From a virus, in the IMG/VR virus record IMGVR_UViG_3300042451_001197, positions 32,001 to 96,000 of that record: a DNA stretch of 64,000 nt; one strand, given 5' to 3'. Under the pieces are notes generated by a model. That model was not told the origin of the DNA, did no database searches, and worked only from the letters and a program-made list of their open reading frames with translations. A program made the position numbers and the translations under genes. Below are positions 19,044 through 26,766 of the stretch, in pieces (the stretch's first letter is position 1; each line of letters begins with the position of its first letter).

Positions 19044-19449
19044 GAAAAAGAAAATAATATTTGATTGGCTTGATGATCAGTTTAGGGACTGCACCATTCA
19101 TTCACATTGTGATTATCCCCAATCTTACTTTTATAAAAAAGGTATTACTATAATCGGGGAACAGGATGTTAAGAACAATTACTTTTGGGTTCATAATGAT
19201 GAGGTGTGGGGATTTATTGAAAAGGTATTCACTATGGGGAAAGAAGAAGTAAGGGATGTATTAATGGAATGGTTTGAGCATATTGGAAACAAGAAACTTG
19301 GAGTTGGTCACATCCCCCTTTATGTTGTAGAGTTAGATAAATTATTAAACCCACCTATAACTGAATTAAAATATTATACTCCTCTCATTATTACAGATAA
19401 CGATTTAAGACCAGTATTAAAAGACGGAAAACTAAAACAAATAAGATGA
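19036..19449 (+). CDS. Hypothetical protein related to the 21-27 kb family
   Basis: KKIIFDWLD...VFTM....V..VL.EWFE. Confidence 0.6.
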   Translation: MDKKKKIIFDWLDDQFRDCTIHSHCDYPQSYFYKKGITIIGEQDVKNNYFWVHNDEVWGFIEKVFTMGKEEVRDVLMEWFEHIGNKKLGVGHIPLYVVELDKLLNPPITELKYYTPLIITDNDLRPVLKDGKLKQIR

Positions 19450-19868
19450 AACTAAAAAAGAAAATGAAATTAAAAGATATCCCCAAAGAAGATATGTGGT
19501 ATATTGTGGACCTTCTCTCAGTTTTCTGTGGGAAAGAGATGGGGATTAATAAAAGAAGAAAAAAAGAATTGGTTTATGTCTTGGGGAAAAAAGAAGTTGA
19601 TGGTGTTCACGGGTATTACGACTCGGATGATAATGAGATTCACTTTATGAGAAAAAAAATTAAGACCTTGGATATGTTTATTAAAACTTTCATTCACGAA
19701 TATACTCATTACTTACAACCTTGTAAGACCCACTACTCAAGATTGTTAGATCTTCACGGATATGAGAATCACCCCTATGAAGTTGAAGCTTTTTCTAATG
19801 AGAATGTTTACTTTAAAAAAGCGTATAGAGAAATTAAGTATTGTTTTTCTTTAAGAGAAAATCCATAA
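19446..19868 (+). CDS. Zincin-like metallopeptidase, paralogue 2
   Basis: FIHEYTHYLQ...YENHPYEVEA. Confidence 0.7.
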   Translation: MKLKKKMKLKDIPKEDMWYIVDLLSVFCGKEMGINKRRKKELVYVLGKKEVDGVHGYYDSDDNEIHFMRKKIKTLDMFIKTFIHEYTHYLQPCKTHYSRLLDLHGYENHPYEVEAFSNENVYFKKAYREIKYCFSLRENP

Positions 19869-20145
19869 CCCTATCATATGAATGATTTCTGATATCCATT
19901 GATACATCGTGAAAATCTTCTGATGATAATTTTTGGTTGTTGTGAATATCCTCTATAATGTCCCCCATCTCACAATGTGTTAATAATAGACACCTCTGAG
20001 AGATGGGTTTTTTATTTCCATTAAGATTCAGTTCCCTATACTCACAAGTCCCCTTATAATCATTTTTCTCATAATATACTTTGTATATGTTCTCGTTTTT
20101 TTCTATTGAGGTTTTGTAGTCCTCTAAAATACCTGTTTTGTACAT
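19834..20145 (-). CDS. Hypothetical protein
   Basis: ORF track. Confidence 0.5.
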   Translation of the reverse strand: MYKTGILEDYKTSIEKNENIYKVYYEKNDYKGTCEYRELNLNGNKKPISQRCLLLTHCEMGDIIEDIHNNQKLSSEDFHDVSMDIRNHSYDRVMDFLLKKNNT

Positions 20146-20965
20146 ACTTTTTATATAAAAATAATTGAGATATTGGTATTAATAAAGGGGATTGTTAATA
20201 AAAATATATGTTAAATTTCTTGATTTTGTCAAAATGTCAGTTGAGTGTCAGATAGGGGATAATCCCCTTCACTAACATTTCTTACCACTTATTCCCACTC
20301 CACCATTATTATTTACCCCCATTATTGTCGTTCTCAGTATCAAAAACGTAAAAAATCCCTTCTCCTGATATCGTAGGAACCATTTTTTTTACTATATACG
20401 TTTCCCAGAGAAAAATTAGAGTTATTGTCCATAAACGCGGGAAACACTTTAGTGTGTTAGAAGAGTCATTCATATACCTTCAACGGGGAACTTTAGTGAC
20501 AACTAAAGTGGTCAATTTACACCACTTTAAAGTCCCCTTCATTATGGGGAATATACTATTCTGATACCATATAAGTTATTAGTATTATCTTCTTATGAGA
20601 TGAAATCTCCCCATATAGATATTAAATTAACTTACCATAAATTATCATACTAAACAATTCCCCATTTTGGTTATTTTAAAATTTAGCTTGGACACTTTGT
20701 CCAAGTATATGTCCAAGTTCGATGATTTTTTTACTCAAATAATATCTTAATAACCGAATTTATCTACAACACAATAATAGAATTACCATATCATACTTAT
20801 AATTCCCTTCGTAAATGGGGACACCATAAATGGGGGAAAATAAAGGAACACAATTACGAATGAAAGTTTTTTAGTGACCCACATCGTAGATGGGGGGAAC
20901 GATTACGAAGTAAAAAAAACGTGAGTGAGTGATTGGGTTAATTTATTTTCGTATATTTATACTAT

Positions 20966-21244
20966 ATGGATATTTCTAAATCAAAATTAAAAGGTATTAA
21001 ATTAGTTTTAATTAAACATAGTAATGAATTGATTACTGATGTTGACTTCTTTGTTAACTACTTGGGTTATAGACCTGAGTTAGTTTTAATGGTTGATATT
21101 GATTGGGATAAATTACCCGATGATGTAAAGAACAAACCCGTTTATTATTTAAAGGAAAAGTATGGTGAATCTGTCCACAATATTTTAAAGATGTTGGAGA
21201 TTCCTTTTAATGGTGACATTAATTTTGAGGTGATGAACAAATAA
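20966..21244 (+). CDS. Hypothetical protein
   Basis: TATATTTATACTATATG upstream, identical to 21620 upstream. Confidence 0.6.
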   Translation: MDISKSKLKGIKLVLIKHSNELITDVDFFVNYLGYRPELVLMVDIDWDKLPDDVKNKPVYYLKEKYGESVHNILKMLEIPFNGDINFEVMNK

Positions 21245-21253
21245 TTATACTAT

Positions 21254-21586
21254 ATGAAATTTGAGATAGGTGACGATAAATTGGAACAGGTAATCTTTAA
21301 GTATTTAGATAGAAAAGATTTCATTATTGAGGAGACTGATGATGACTATTATTTTTTAGAAGATAAGAGTGATATAATTTCTAGGATTAGGGTTAAAAAA
21401 GATAATATGTATTGTCTTGTTCATTATAAATTATCAAAAGAACTTAAAACATTTTTTTCACTAAACGATGATTACTTAATTAAGGTATTAACAAATTATG
21501 TTAATAAAACTTTGGATATTAAATTATCAAAAATTGAAATAAAAAATGTTATTGGTTTATTCGTCGTTAACTATTGGTCTGAGTAA
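21254..21586 (+). CDS. MKFEI family paralogue
   Basis: KLEQVIFKYLD.K.F.I.ET...YYFLE...TFFS...YVNKTLDIK. Confidence 0.75.
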   Translation: MKFEIGDDKLEQVIFKYLDRKDFIIEETDDDYYFLEDKSDIISRIRVKKDNMYCLVHYKLSKELKTFFSLNDDYLIKVLTNYVNKTLDIKLSKIEIKNVIGLFVVNYWSE

Positions 21587-21605
21587 TTATGTTAATTTAT
21601 TTTCG

Positions 21606-21619
21606 TATATTTATACTAT
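21606..21619 (+). promoter_or_regulatory. Representative TATTTAT motif (putative phage late promoter; about 35 copies)
   Basis: TATATTTATACTAT-ATG; recurs shortly upstream of leader-class genes on both strands. Confidence 0.6.
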
Positions 21620-21913
21620 ATGAAATTTGAAATTAATGAAAATAAGTTGGAGAAGGTTATCTTTAAGTACTTGGATAATAAGAATTTTGTTATTAGGGAA
21701 ACTCCTTTGGAGTATATCTTTTTGACTTTGGATGATAAATATCCTCCGATTAAGATTAGAAAAAACAATATGATTTGTCTTATTTATTTTAAATTAGTAA
21801 AGGAAATTAGTTCCTTTTTTTCTATTAGTGAAATTGATTCTAAAAACTTTATAAGTAGGTATGTTAAAAACAAATTTAATCTTAAAATTTCTGTCTCCTA
21901 TATTGACGGATAA
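21620..21913 (+). CDS. MKFEI family paralogue
   Basis: MKFEINENKLEKVIFKYLDNKNF. Confidence 0.75.
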   Translation: MKFEINENKLEKVIFKYLDNKNFVIRETPLEYIFLTLDDKYPPIKIRKNNMICLIYFKLVKEISSFFSISEIDSKNFISRYVKNKFNLKISVSYIDG

Positions 21914-21944
21914 TTAATCTTACCTCCCTTATATTTATTACTAT

Positions 21945-22250
21945 ATGAAATTTGAAATTAATGAGAATAAGTTAGATAAGATTATCTTTCGGTATTTAGA
22001 TGGTAAAAACTTTATCATTAAGGAGACTGATAATTTTTATTATTTTTTTGAAAATGAGTCCGATGAATATGTTGAGATTAAGGTTAGAAAACGTGATATG
22101 AGTTGTTTTATTAGATACGAATTATCTGATGAAATTAAATCGTTTTTTACAATTGATAATCTTAAAGTAAAAGATGTTTTAAAAAAATATATTAATAATA
22201 TTTTAAATGTTAAAATAACTAATTCTTACGATAGTATTAATTGGAGGTGA
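21945..22250 (+). CDS. MKFEI family paralogue
   Basis: MKFEINENKLDKIIFRYLDGKNF. Confidence 0.75.
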   Translation: MKFEINENKLDKIIFRYLDGKNFIIKETDNFYYFFENESDEYVEIKVRKRDMSCFIRYELSDEIKSFFTIDNLKVKDVLKKYINNILNVKITNSYDSINWR

Positions 22251-22271
22251 ATTATATATATTTATTACTAT

Positions 22272-22697
22272 ATGAAACTACAAGAACAAATACATAGAAT
22301 ACAAGAGATGATGGGTTTGAATGAGGATTATAAACCTATGGGAAAGAAACATAAACCAAGTAAATTTGTTTATCATAAATCCCCGCCTTTGGTTAGAGAT
22401 AGTATTCTTAAATCAGGTTTATTGGTATCTGTTGGTGATTGTTATAAAACATACTCTGAAAACTTTTCTAAAGAAGAATGTGTTCCCGCTGTGTTTGCAA
22501 CTGATTCTGAAAATGAAAATTATTGGTATGAATCAACTTGGGATGATGATGTTTGGATGATTGATACAGAATGTGCTGGTGTTACTTGGTATAAAGATAA
22601 TCATTATGAAGATTATGATTACCATATTGTCACCTTTGAAGATATATCTCCCGATTGTATAAAATTAATCTATAAAGGAACGGGGGAAGATAATTAA
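22272..22697 (+). CDS. Leader protein with putative ADP-ribosyltransferase-like fold
   Basis: MKLQEQIHRIQEMMGLNE leader; VYHKS....RDSILKSGL, PAVFAT, WMID pattern typical of small ART/Tpt1-like domains. Confidence 0.5.
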   Translation: MKLQEQIHRIQEMMGLNEDYKPMGKKHKPSKFVYHKSPPLVRDSILKSGLLVSVGDCYKTYSENFSKEECVPAVFATDSENENYWYESTWDDDVWMIDTECAGVTWYKDNHYEDYDYHIVTFEDISPDCIKLIYKGTGEDN

Positions 22698-22698
22698 T

Positions 22699-23010
22699 AT
22701 GAAATTCGAGATAAGTGATAATAAGTTGGAGAAGGTTGTCTTTAAGTATTTGGAAGGTAAGAACTTTATCATTAGGGAAACCCCTTATGATTATTACTTT
22801 TTGGAAAACGAGGGCGATAAATATGTTCAAATTAGAATCAGAAAAAATGATATGGTTTGTTTTATTTATTACAAATTAAGTGAAGAAATTGAATCGTTTT
22901 TTTCAATTGAATTTCCTATGGTTAAAGATGTTTTAAAAAAATATGTTGAGAATATCCTAAATATTAAAGTATCTAAAACATTTTTATCTCCAACTATTTT
23001 AATTGCGTAG
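22699..23010 (+). CDS. MKFEI family paralogue ending in repeat-spacer unit
   Basis: Family motifs; ends YVENILNIKVSKT plus 9 unique aa. Confidence 0.75.
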   Translation: MKFEISDNKLEKVVFKYLEGKNFIIRETPYDYYFLENEGDKYVQIRIRKNDMVCFIYYKLSEEIESFFSIEFPMVKDVLKKYVENILNIKVSKTFLSPTILIA

Positions 23011-23028
23011 TTGAGAATACCTTAAATT
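22945..23028 (+). repeat. CRISPR-like mini-unit A (35-nt repeat, 30-nt spacer, half repeat)
   Basis: GTTGAGAATATCCTAAATATTAAAGTATCTAAAAC / 22980-23009 / GTTGAGAATACCTTAAATT. Confidence 0.7.
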
Positions 23029-23046
23029 AATCTATTTATGTAATAA

Positions 23047-23373
23047 ATGAAATTTTTAATAACAGAAAATAAATTGGATAATATAATCTTTCAGTATTTG
23101 GATAATAAGAACTTTATCATTAAAGAAACTCCTTATGATTATTACTTTTTAGAAAACGAAGATGATGAATATCTTCAGATTAGAGTTAGAAAAAGTGATA
23201 TGGAGTGTTCTTTATTCTATGATTTAACCGAAGAAATTAAATCATTTTTTTCAATTAATAAACTTAAAATCAAAGATGTTTTAACAAGATATGTTGAGGA
23301 GACCTTAAACATTAAAGTTTCTCACGTATGGATGGATGGGTCGTTACACATCTCGATGTTAAAAAAGGGTTAA
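23047..23373 (+). CDS. MKF family paralogue
   Basis: MKFLITENKLDNIIFQYLDNKNF. Confidence 0.75.
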   Translation: MKFLITENKLDNIIFQYLDNKNFIIKETPYDYYFLENEDDEYLQIRVRKSDMECSLFYDLTEEIKSFFSINKLKIKDVLTRYVEETLNIKVSHVWMDGSLHISMLKKG

Positions 23374-23376
23374 AAT
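23293..23376 (+). repeat. CRISPR-like mini-unit B (degenerate)
   Basis: GTTGAGGAGACCTTAAACATTAAAGTTTCTCACGT / 30 nt (23328-23357) / GTTAAAAAAGGGTTAAAAT. Confidence 0.5.
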
Positions 23377-23392
23377 ATTATATTTATGTTAT

Positions 23393-23749
23393 ATGAAATT
23401 CTTAATCACCGAAAATAAATTGGATAGGATTATTGATTCTTTTATCACCAAACAATTTGAAAATTTGGAACATATTAAAGAAGGTAATTTGGTTGTTTGG
23501 GTTGACCCTGATAAAAAACCATATGTACTTATTAGACACGATGATAATGGTGATTACGATATTAATATTTTGGAAAGTATTTATTTTTTGATTAGTGATA
23601 TGTTTTCTATTAAAGAACTTGAAGATGTGGAGAAATACTTATTAAAATGGTTTGAAAAACACACGGGGATGATTGCCGATGTTGTTTTCGCATTTGATAA
23701 CGATATAACCTATGAAGAAATTATTAGTATATATATTAAAGGTGCCTAA
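23393..23749 (+). CDS. ITE-leader protein, divergent family member
   Basis: MKFLITENKLDRIIDSFI...DMFSI...LLKWFE. Confidence 0.7.
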   Translation: MKFLITENKLDRIIDSFITKQFENLEHIKEGNLVVWVDPDKKPYVLIRHDDNGDYDINILESIYFLISDMFSIKELEDVEKYLLKWFEKHTGMIADVVFAFDNDITYEEIISIYIKGA

Positions 23750-23801
23750 CACCAATAAAGAATTTTACCGGTTTTTCAATTTATTGATAATACCTTAAAT
23801 T
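23733..23801 (+). repeat. CRISPR-like mini-unit C (3' half repeat, 30-nt spacer, 5' half repeat)
   Basis: ATATTAAAGGTGCCTAACAC / 23753-23782 / ATTGATAATACCTTAAATT; spacer lies outside the ORF. Confidence 0.6.
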
Positions 23802-23819
23802 AATGTATTTATGTAATAT

Positions 23820-24167
23820 ATGAAATTCTTAATCACCGAAAATAAACTTACCAAAGTTATTCAAAAATATATTAATTTTAAAACTAATGACCCTGAATTT
23901 AATTGGGTGGATAAAATTGTTATTGAACGTGGAACAACTGAAGGAATTGGTTCTGATATATTCCCCCTGTATACTTACAAAGTTTATTTTAAAGAAGATA
24001 ATCCCGATTACGAATCACAATTAAAATTATGGCATGTTATATCTTCCGCCCATAAGTTATTATTTCAATCGGATAATGAGGGAAATCCTGTGGCTTATTT
24101 TACCACATCTTCCATTAAACCTGATGGTTCAACTGATTCATTACCAAGCTATCAAAGTAAAAGTTAA
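23820..24167 (+). CDS. ITE-leader protein
   Basis: MKFLITENKLTKVIQKYI. Confidence 0.7.
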   Translation: MKFLITENKLTKVIQKYINFKTNDPEFNWVDKIVIERGTTEGIGSDIFPLYTYKVYFKEDNPDYESQLKLWHVISSAHKLLFQSDNEGNPVAYFTTSSIKPDGSTDSLPSYQSKS

Positions 24168-24183
24168 TGCATATTTATACCAT

Positions 24184-24504
24184 ATGAAATTCGAGATAAA
24201 TAGTGATAAATTGGGGCAGGTAATTTTTAAGTATTTGACTATTAAATTATCTATTAAAGAAACTCCCGACGGTTATTATTTTTCAGAAGATGGAAATAAT
24301 GCACATATTGTGGTTAGAAAAGACAATATGATTTGTTATGTTAGTATTGATTTTTTGGATGAAATTGAATCATTTTTTTCTATTGAATATCCTTACTCTA
24401 TAGATTTTGTTAGTGAATACGTTGAAAATATTTTAGGTGTTAACTTGCTCAGGACTGTACCATATCTTAAAAGTTGGATTGTTCCTCCCCCTGATAATAA
24501 TTAA
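24184..24504 (+). CDS. MKFEI family paralogue (start corrected from 24034)
   Basis: ATATTTATACCAT-ATG; MKFEINSDKLGQVIFKYL. Confidence 0.75.
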   Translation: MKFEINSDKLGQVIFKYLTIKLSIKETPDGYYFSEDGNNAHIVVRKDNMICYVSIDFLDEIESFFSIEYPYSIDFVSEYVENILGVNLLRTVPYLKSWIVPPPDNN

Positions 24505-24553
24505 TTAAAATTTTGTATTTGTTTATTTGATAATTTATCATTATCTTTGTATT

Positions 24554-25276
24554 ATGATTTCAGATAAAATTAAAAAAATTATATTTGATAAATTATATAA
24601 GGATTTATCTAATGTTGAGATTATTCCCCACGAAAATAGTATTTGGTTTATAGATAGGGAAGAGAAGTATTGGTATTTTGAATTTACCAAGTCAGGTGAA
24701 TTGTGGTGGAGATATTCTTTCTTTGTTGATTTTTTTCAGTTTTTTTCTATGGAATATAAGGAGTTTGTACCGATTATTAGTGAATGGGTGGAAGAGGTTT
24801 TGAATTCTAAGGTGTTTGAAACAGGGAAATTATTTTACGACTATGCACCTGAAGTGGAAGAGATATTAAATTCTAAGGTATCTACAACTGAAAGTTTATC
24901 CTTTAAGTCAGTAGGGTTGGTGGAAGAGGTATTAAATTTTAAGGTGTCTACAACTACTTCTAAATTTTCAAAAAAAAGCATTATGGTGGAAGAGGTATTA
25001 AATTCTAAGGTGTCTACAACTACGAAAAGACATTCCCCACATATCAGACAGGTGGAAAAAGTGTTAAATTCTAAGGTGTCTACAACAATTCAGGCACAAT
25101 TTCTTCTTCAGTCTCGGGTGGAAGAGATATTAAATTCTAAGGTATCGACAACTTGGTTAAATGGTTGTAATAGGGATGAAAAGGTTGGGGAAGTATTGGA
25201 TTGTAAGGTGACTGAAACCAAATTAGGTCCTACAAGTAAATTTTATGAAATAAATAAGGTTTTATCTCAAACATAA
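24554..25276 (+). CDS. Family-domain protein whose C-terminal two thirds is a translated repeat-spacer array (start corrected)
   Basis: TATCTTTG-TATT-ATG; 7 x VEEVLNSKVSTT-like block separated by unrelated 10-aa segments. Confidence 0.75.
   Translation: MISDKIKKIIFDKLYKDLSNVEIIPHENSIWFIDREEKYWYFEFTKSGELWWRYSFFVDFFQFFSMEYKEFVPIISEWVEEVLNSKVFETGKLFYDYAPEVEEILNSKVSTTESLSFKSVGLVEEVLNFKVSTTTSKFSKKSIMVEEVLNSKVSTTTKRHSPHIRQVEKVLNSKVSTTIQAQFLLQSRVEEILNSKVSTTWLNGCNRDEKVGEVLDCKVTETKLGPTSKFYEINKVLSQT
24787..25218 (+). CRISPR. CRISPR-like array inside a CDS: 7 repeats, 6 unique spacers, 66-nt period; no cas genes in window
   Basis: Repeat (G)GTGGAAGAGGTATTAAATTCTAAGGTGTCTACAAC starting 24788, 24854, 24920, 24986, 25052, 25118, 25184 (degenerate); remnant at 25250. 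Confidence 0.55.
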
Positions 25277-25307
25277 CTTAATTCAACATCTCATATATTT
25301 ATATGAT

Positions 25308-25616
25308 ATGAAATTCGAGATTAGTGGTGGTAAATTGGAACAAGTAATATTTAAATACTTGGACGGTAAAAACTTTACCATTAGGGAAACTCCAACCAAT
25401 TATTATTTTTTTGGTGAGCCTCCACACCATTACGCAACAATAAATGTTAGAAAAAGTGATGAGAAGTGTTTTATATATCCAAACCTAATTGAACATCTAT
25501 CTTCTTTTTTTTCTATTAGTGATATAATGTCAACTGACATTATATTAAAATATACCGAAAGTAAACTGAATAATGAATCAACTTCATTATCTCTAAAACT
25601 ATATGGTGATAATTAG
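25308..25616 (+). CDS. MKFEI family paralogue
   Basis: MKFEISGGKLEQVIFKYLDGKNF. Confidence 0.75.
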   Translation: MKFEISGGKLEQVIFKYLDGKNFTIRETPTNYYFFGEPPHHYATINVRKSDEKCFIYPNLIEHLSSFFSISDIMSTDIILKYTESKLNNESTSLSLKLYGDN

Positions 25617-25993
25617 TCGTTCACCCTCTCTATATTAACCATTTTACCATCAGTAAACTTAGCTGAGAACTCAAACCAAGTTTCATTAACATTTGTGTAG
25701 AATCTAACATATCCGTGGTGATTAATTGTCTCAAGTCTTTCGTTAACTCTTCTTAAACAACCAAAAAGATTAGATATTCCAACCTCATTCATATATGGTC
25801 TTTCTTCATTTGGAACTTCTTCCATTTCAAACCTGTTAACTTTAATCTCACCTTCATTGGTTATGTAAATTTCAGTTAATTCTCTGTCAAAATCCTTTGT
25901 CTGAAATTCGTGATTTTCACCAATTAGTTCCTTTTCTTCTTTTGTTATTGGAAGTAAATTTGTATCAATAAATAAGTAATCGAACATTCCCAT
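25613..25993 (-). CDS. Hypothetical phage protein
   Basis: MGMFD...FQTKD...HG.VRFY...W.EF.AKFTDG; TACCTTTG promoter upstream. Confidence 0.7.
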   Translation of the reverse strand: MGMFDYLFIDTNLLPITKEEKELIGENHEFQTKDFDRELTEIYITNEGEIKVNRFEMEEVPNEERPYMNEVGISNLFGCLRRVNERLETINHHGYVRFYTNVNETWFEFSAKFTDGKMVNIERVND

Positions 25994-26052
25994 ATCTTTT
26001 TCTTTTTTACAAAGGTAATAAAATATTATGGGAAAAACAAATATTTATTAAT

Positions 26053-26379
26053 ATGAATTTTGAGATTAACGAAAACAAATTACAAAATATTGTCTTCAAG
26101 TATGTGGACAATAAAAACTATGTCATTAAAGAAACTGATAATGATTATTACTTTATAGAAAACGAAGAAGATGAGTATGCTCAGATTAGAATTAGAAAAA
26201 GTGATAAAGTTTGTGTTATTTATCACAAATTAACTGAAGAAATTGAATCGTTTTTTTCAATTGAATACCCTATGGTTGAAGATGTTTTAACGAGATATGT
26301 TGAGAATACCATAAATATTGAGGTGTCTAAAACCCTATTAGGTATAAATCTTAAAGCAGAAGCGTTGAGAATACCTTAA
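26053..26379 (+). CDS. MKFEI family paralogue ending in repeat-spacer unit
   Basis: Ends YVENTINIEVSKT plus 10 unique aa plus LRIP. Confidence 0.75.
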   Translation: MNFEINENKLQNIVFKYVDNKNYVIKETDNDYYFIENEEDEYAQIRIRKSDKVCVIYHKLTEEIESFFSIEYPMVEDVLTRYVENTINIEVSKTLLGINLKAEALRIP

Positions 26380-26382
26380 ATT
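26299..26382 (+). repeat. CRISPR-like mini-unit D (35-nt repeat, 30-nt spacer, half repeat)
   Basis: GTTGAGAATACCATAAATATTGAGGTGTCTAAAAC / 26334-26363 / GTTGAGAATACCTTAAATT. Confidence 0.7.
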
Positions 26383-26397
26383 AAACTATTTATCATT

Positions 26398-26766
26398 ATG
26401 AAATACCTAATCACAGAAAATAAATTAGAAAAGGTTGTCTTTAAATTTTTGGATGGTAAAGATTTAAAAATGATTAAGAAAAAAATTAAACATTATAGTA
26501 ATATCACAAGTACTAGAATATTTTTTGTTTTAAATGAGTCTGATAAAACTTCTGAAATAACTTATGACGGTTGGAGTGGTAAACTTTTTATTAGTTCCGT
26601 TTTATGTGATGAGGTTTTTAATTTCTTTTCTCTTGAGGATGAGGATGATTCTGAATTAATAATTCAAGATTGGGTTGAATCGAAAATTAATAAGGAAATT
26701 GATATTTTTAAAGTACAATCATATCATCCCAATAGTTTTTCAGGAAGTATTTTTGAGATTGATTAA
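26398..26766 (+). CDS. ITE-leader family paralogue
   Basis: MKYLITENKLEKVVFKFLDGK...NFFSL...IQDWVE. Confidence 0.7.
   Translation: MKYLITENKLEKVVFKFLDGKDLKMIKKKIKHYSNITSTRIFFVLNESDKTSEITYDGWSGKLFISSVLCDEVFNFFSLEDEDDSELIIQDWVESKINKEIDIFKVQSYHPNSFSGSIFEID

Noticed and set aside
24787-25218. Diversity-generating retroelement as the source of variation
   Set aside because: No reverse transcriptase in view, and the variable segments are wholly unrelated rather than differing only at adenines from a template
21254-26766. Complete CRISPR-Cas system
   Set aside because: No ORF in the window has Cas1/Cas2/Cas9/Cas13 size or motifs; only the repeat-spacer architecture is supported
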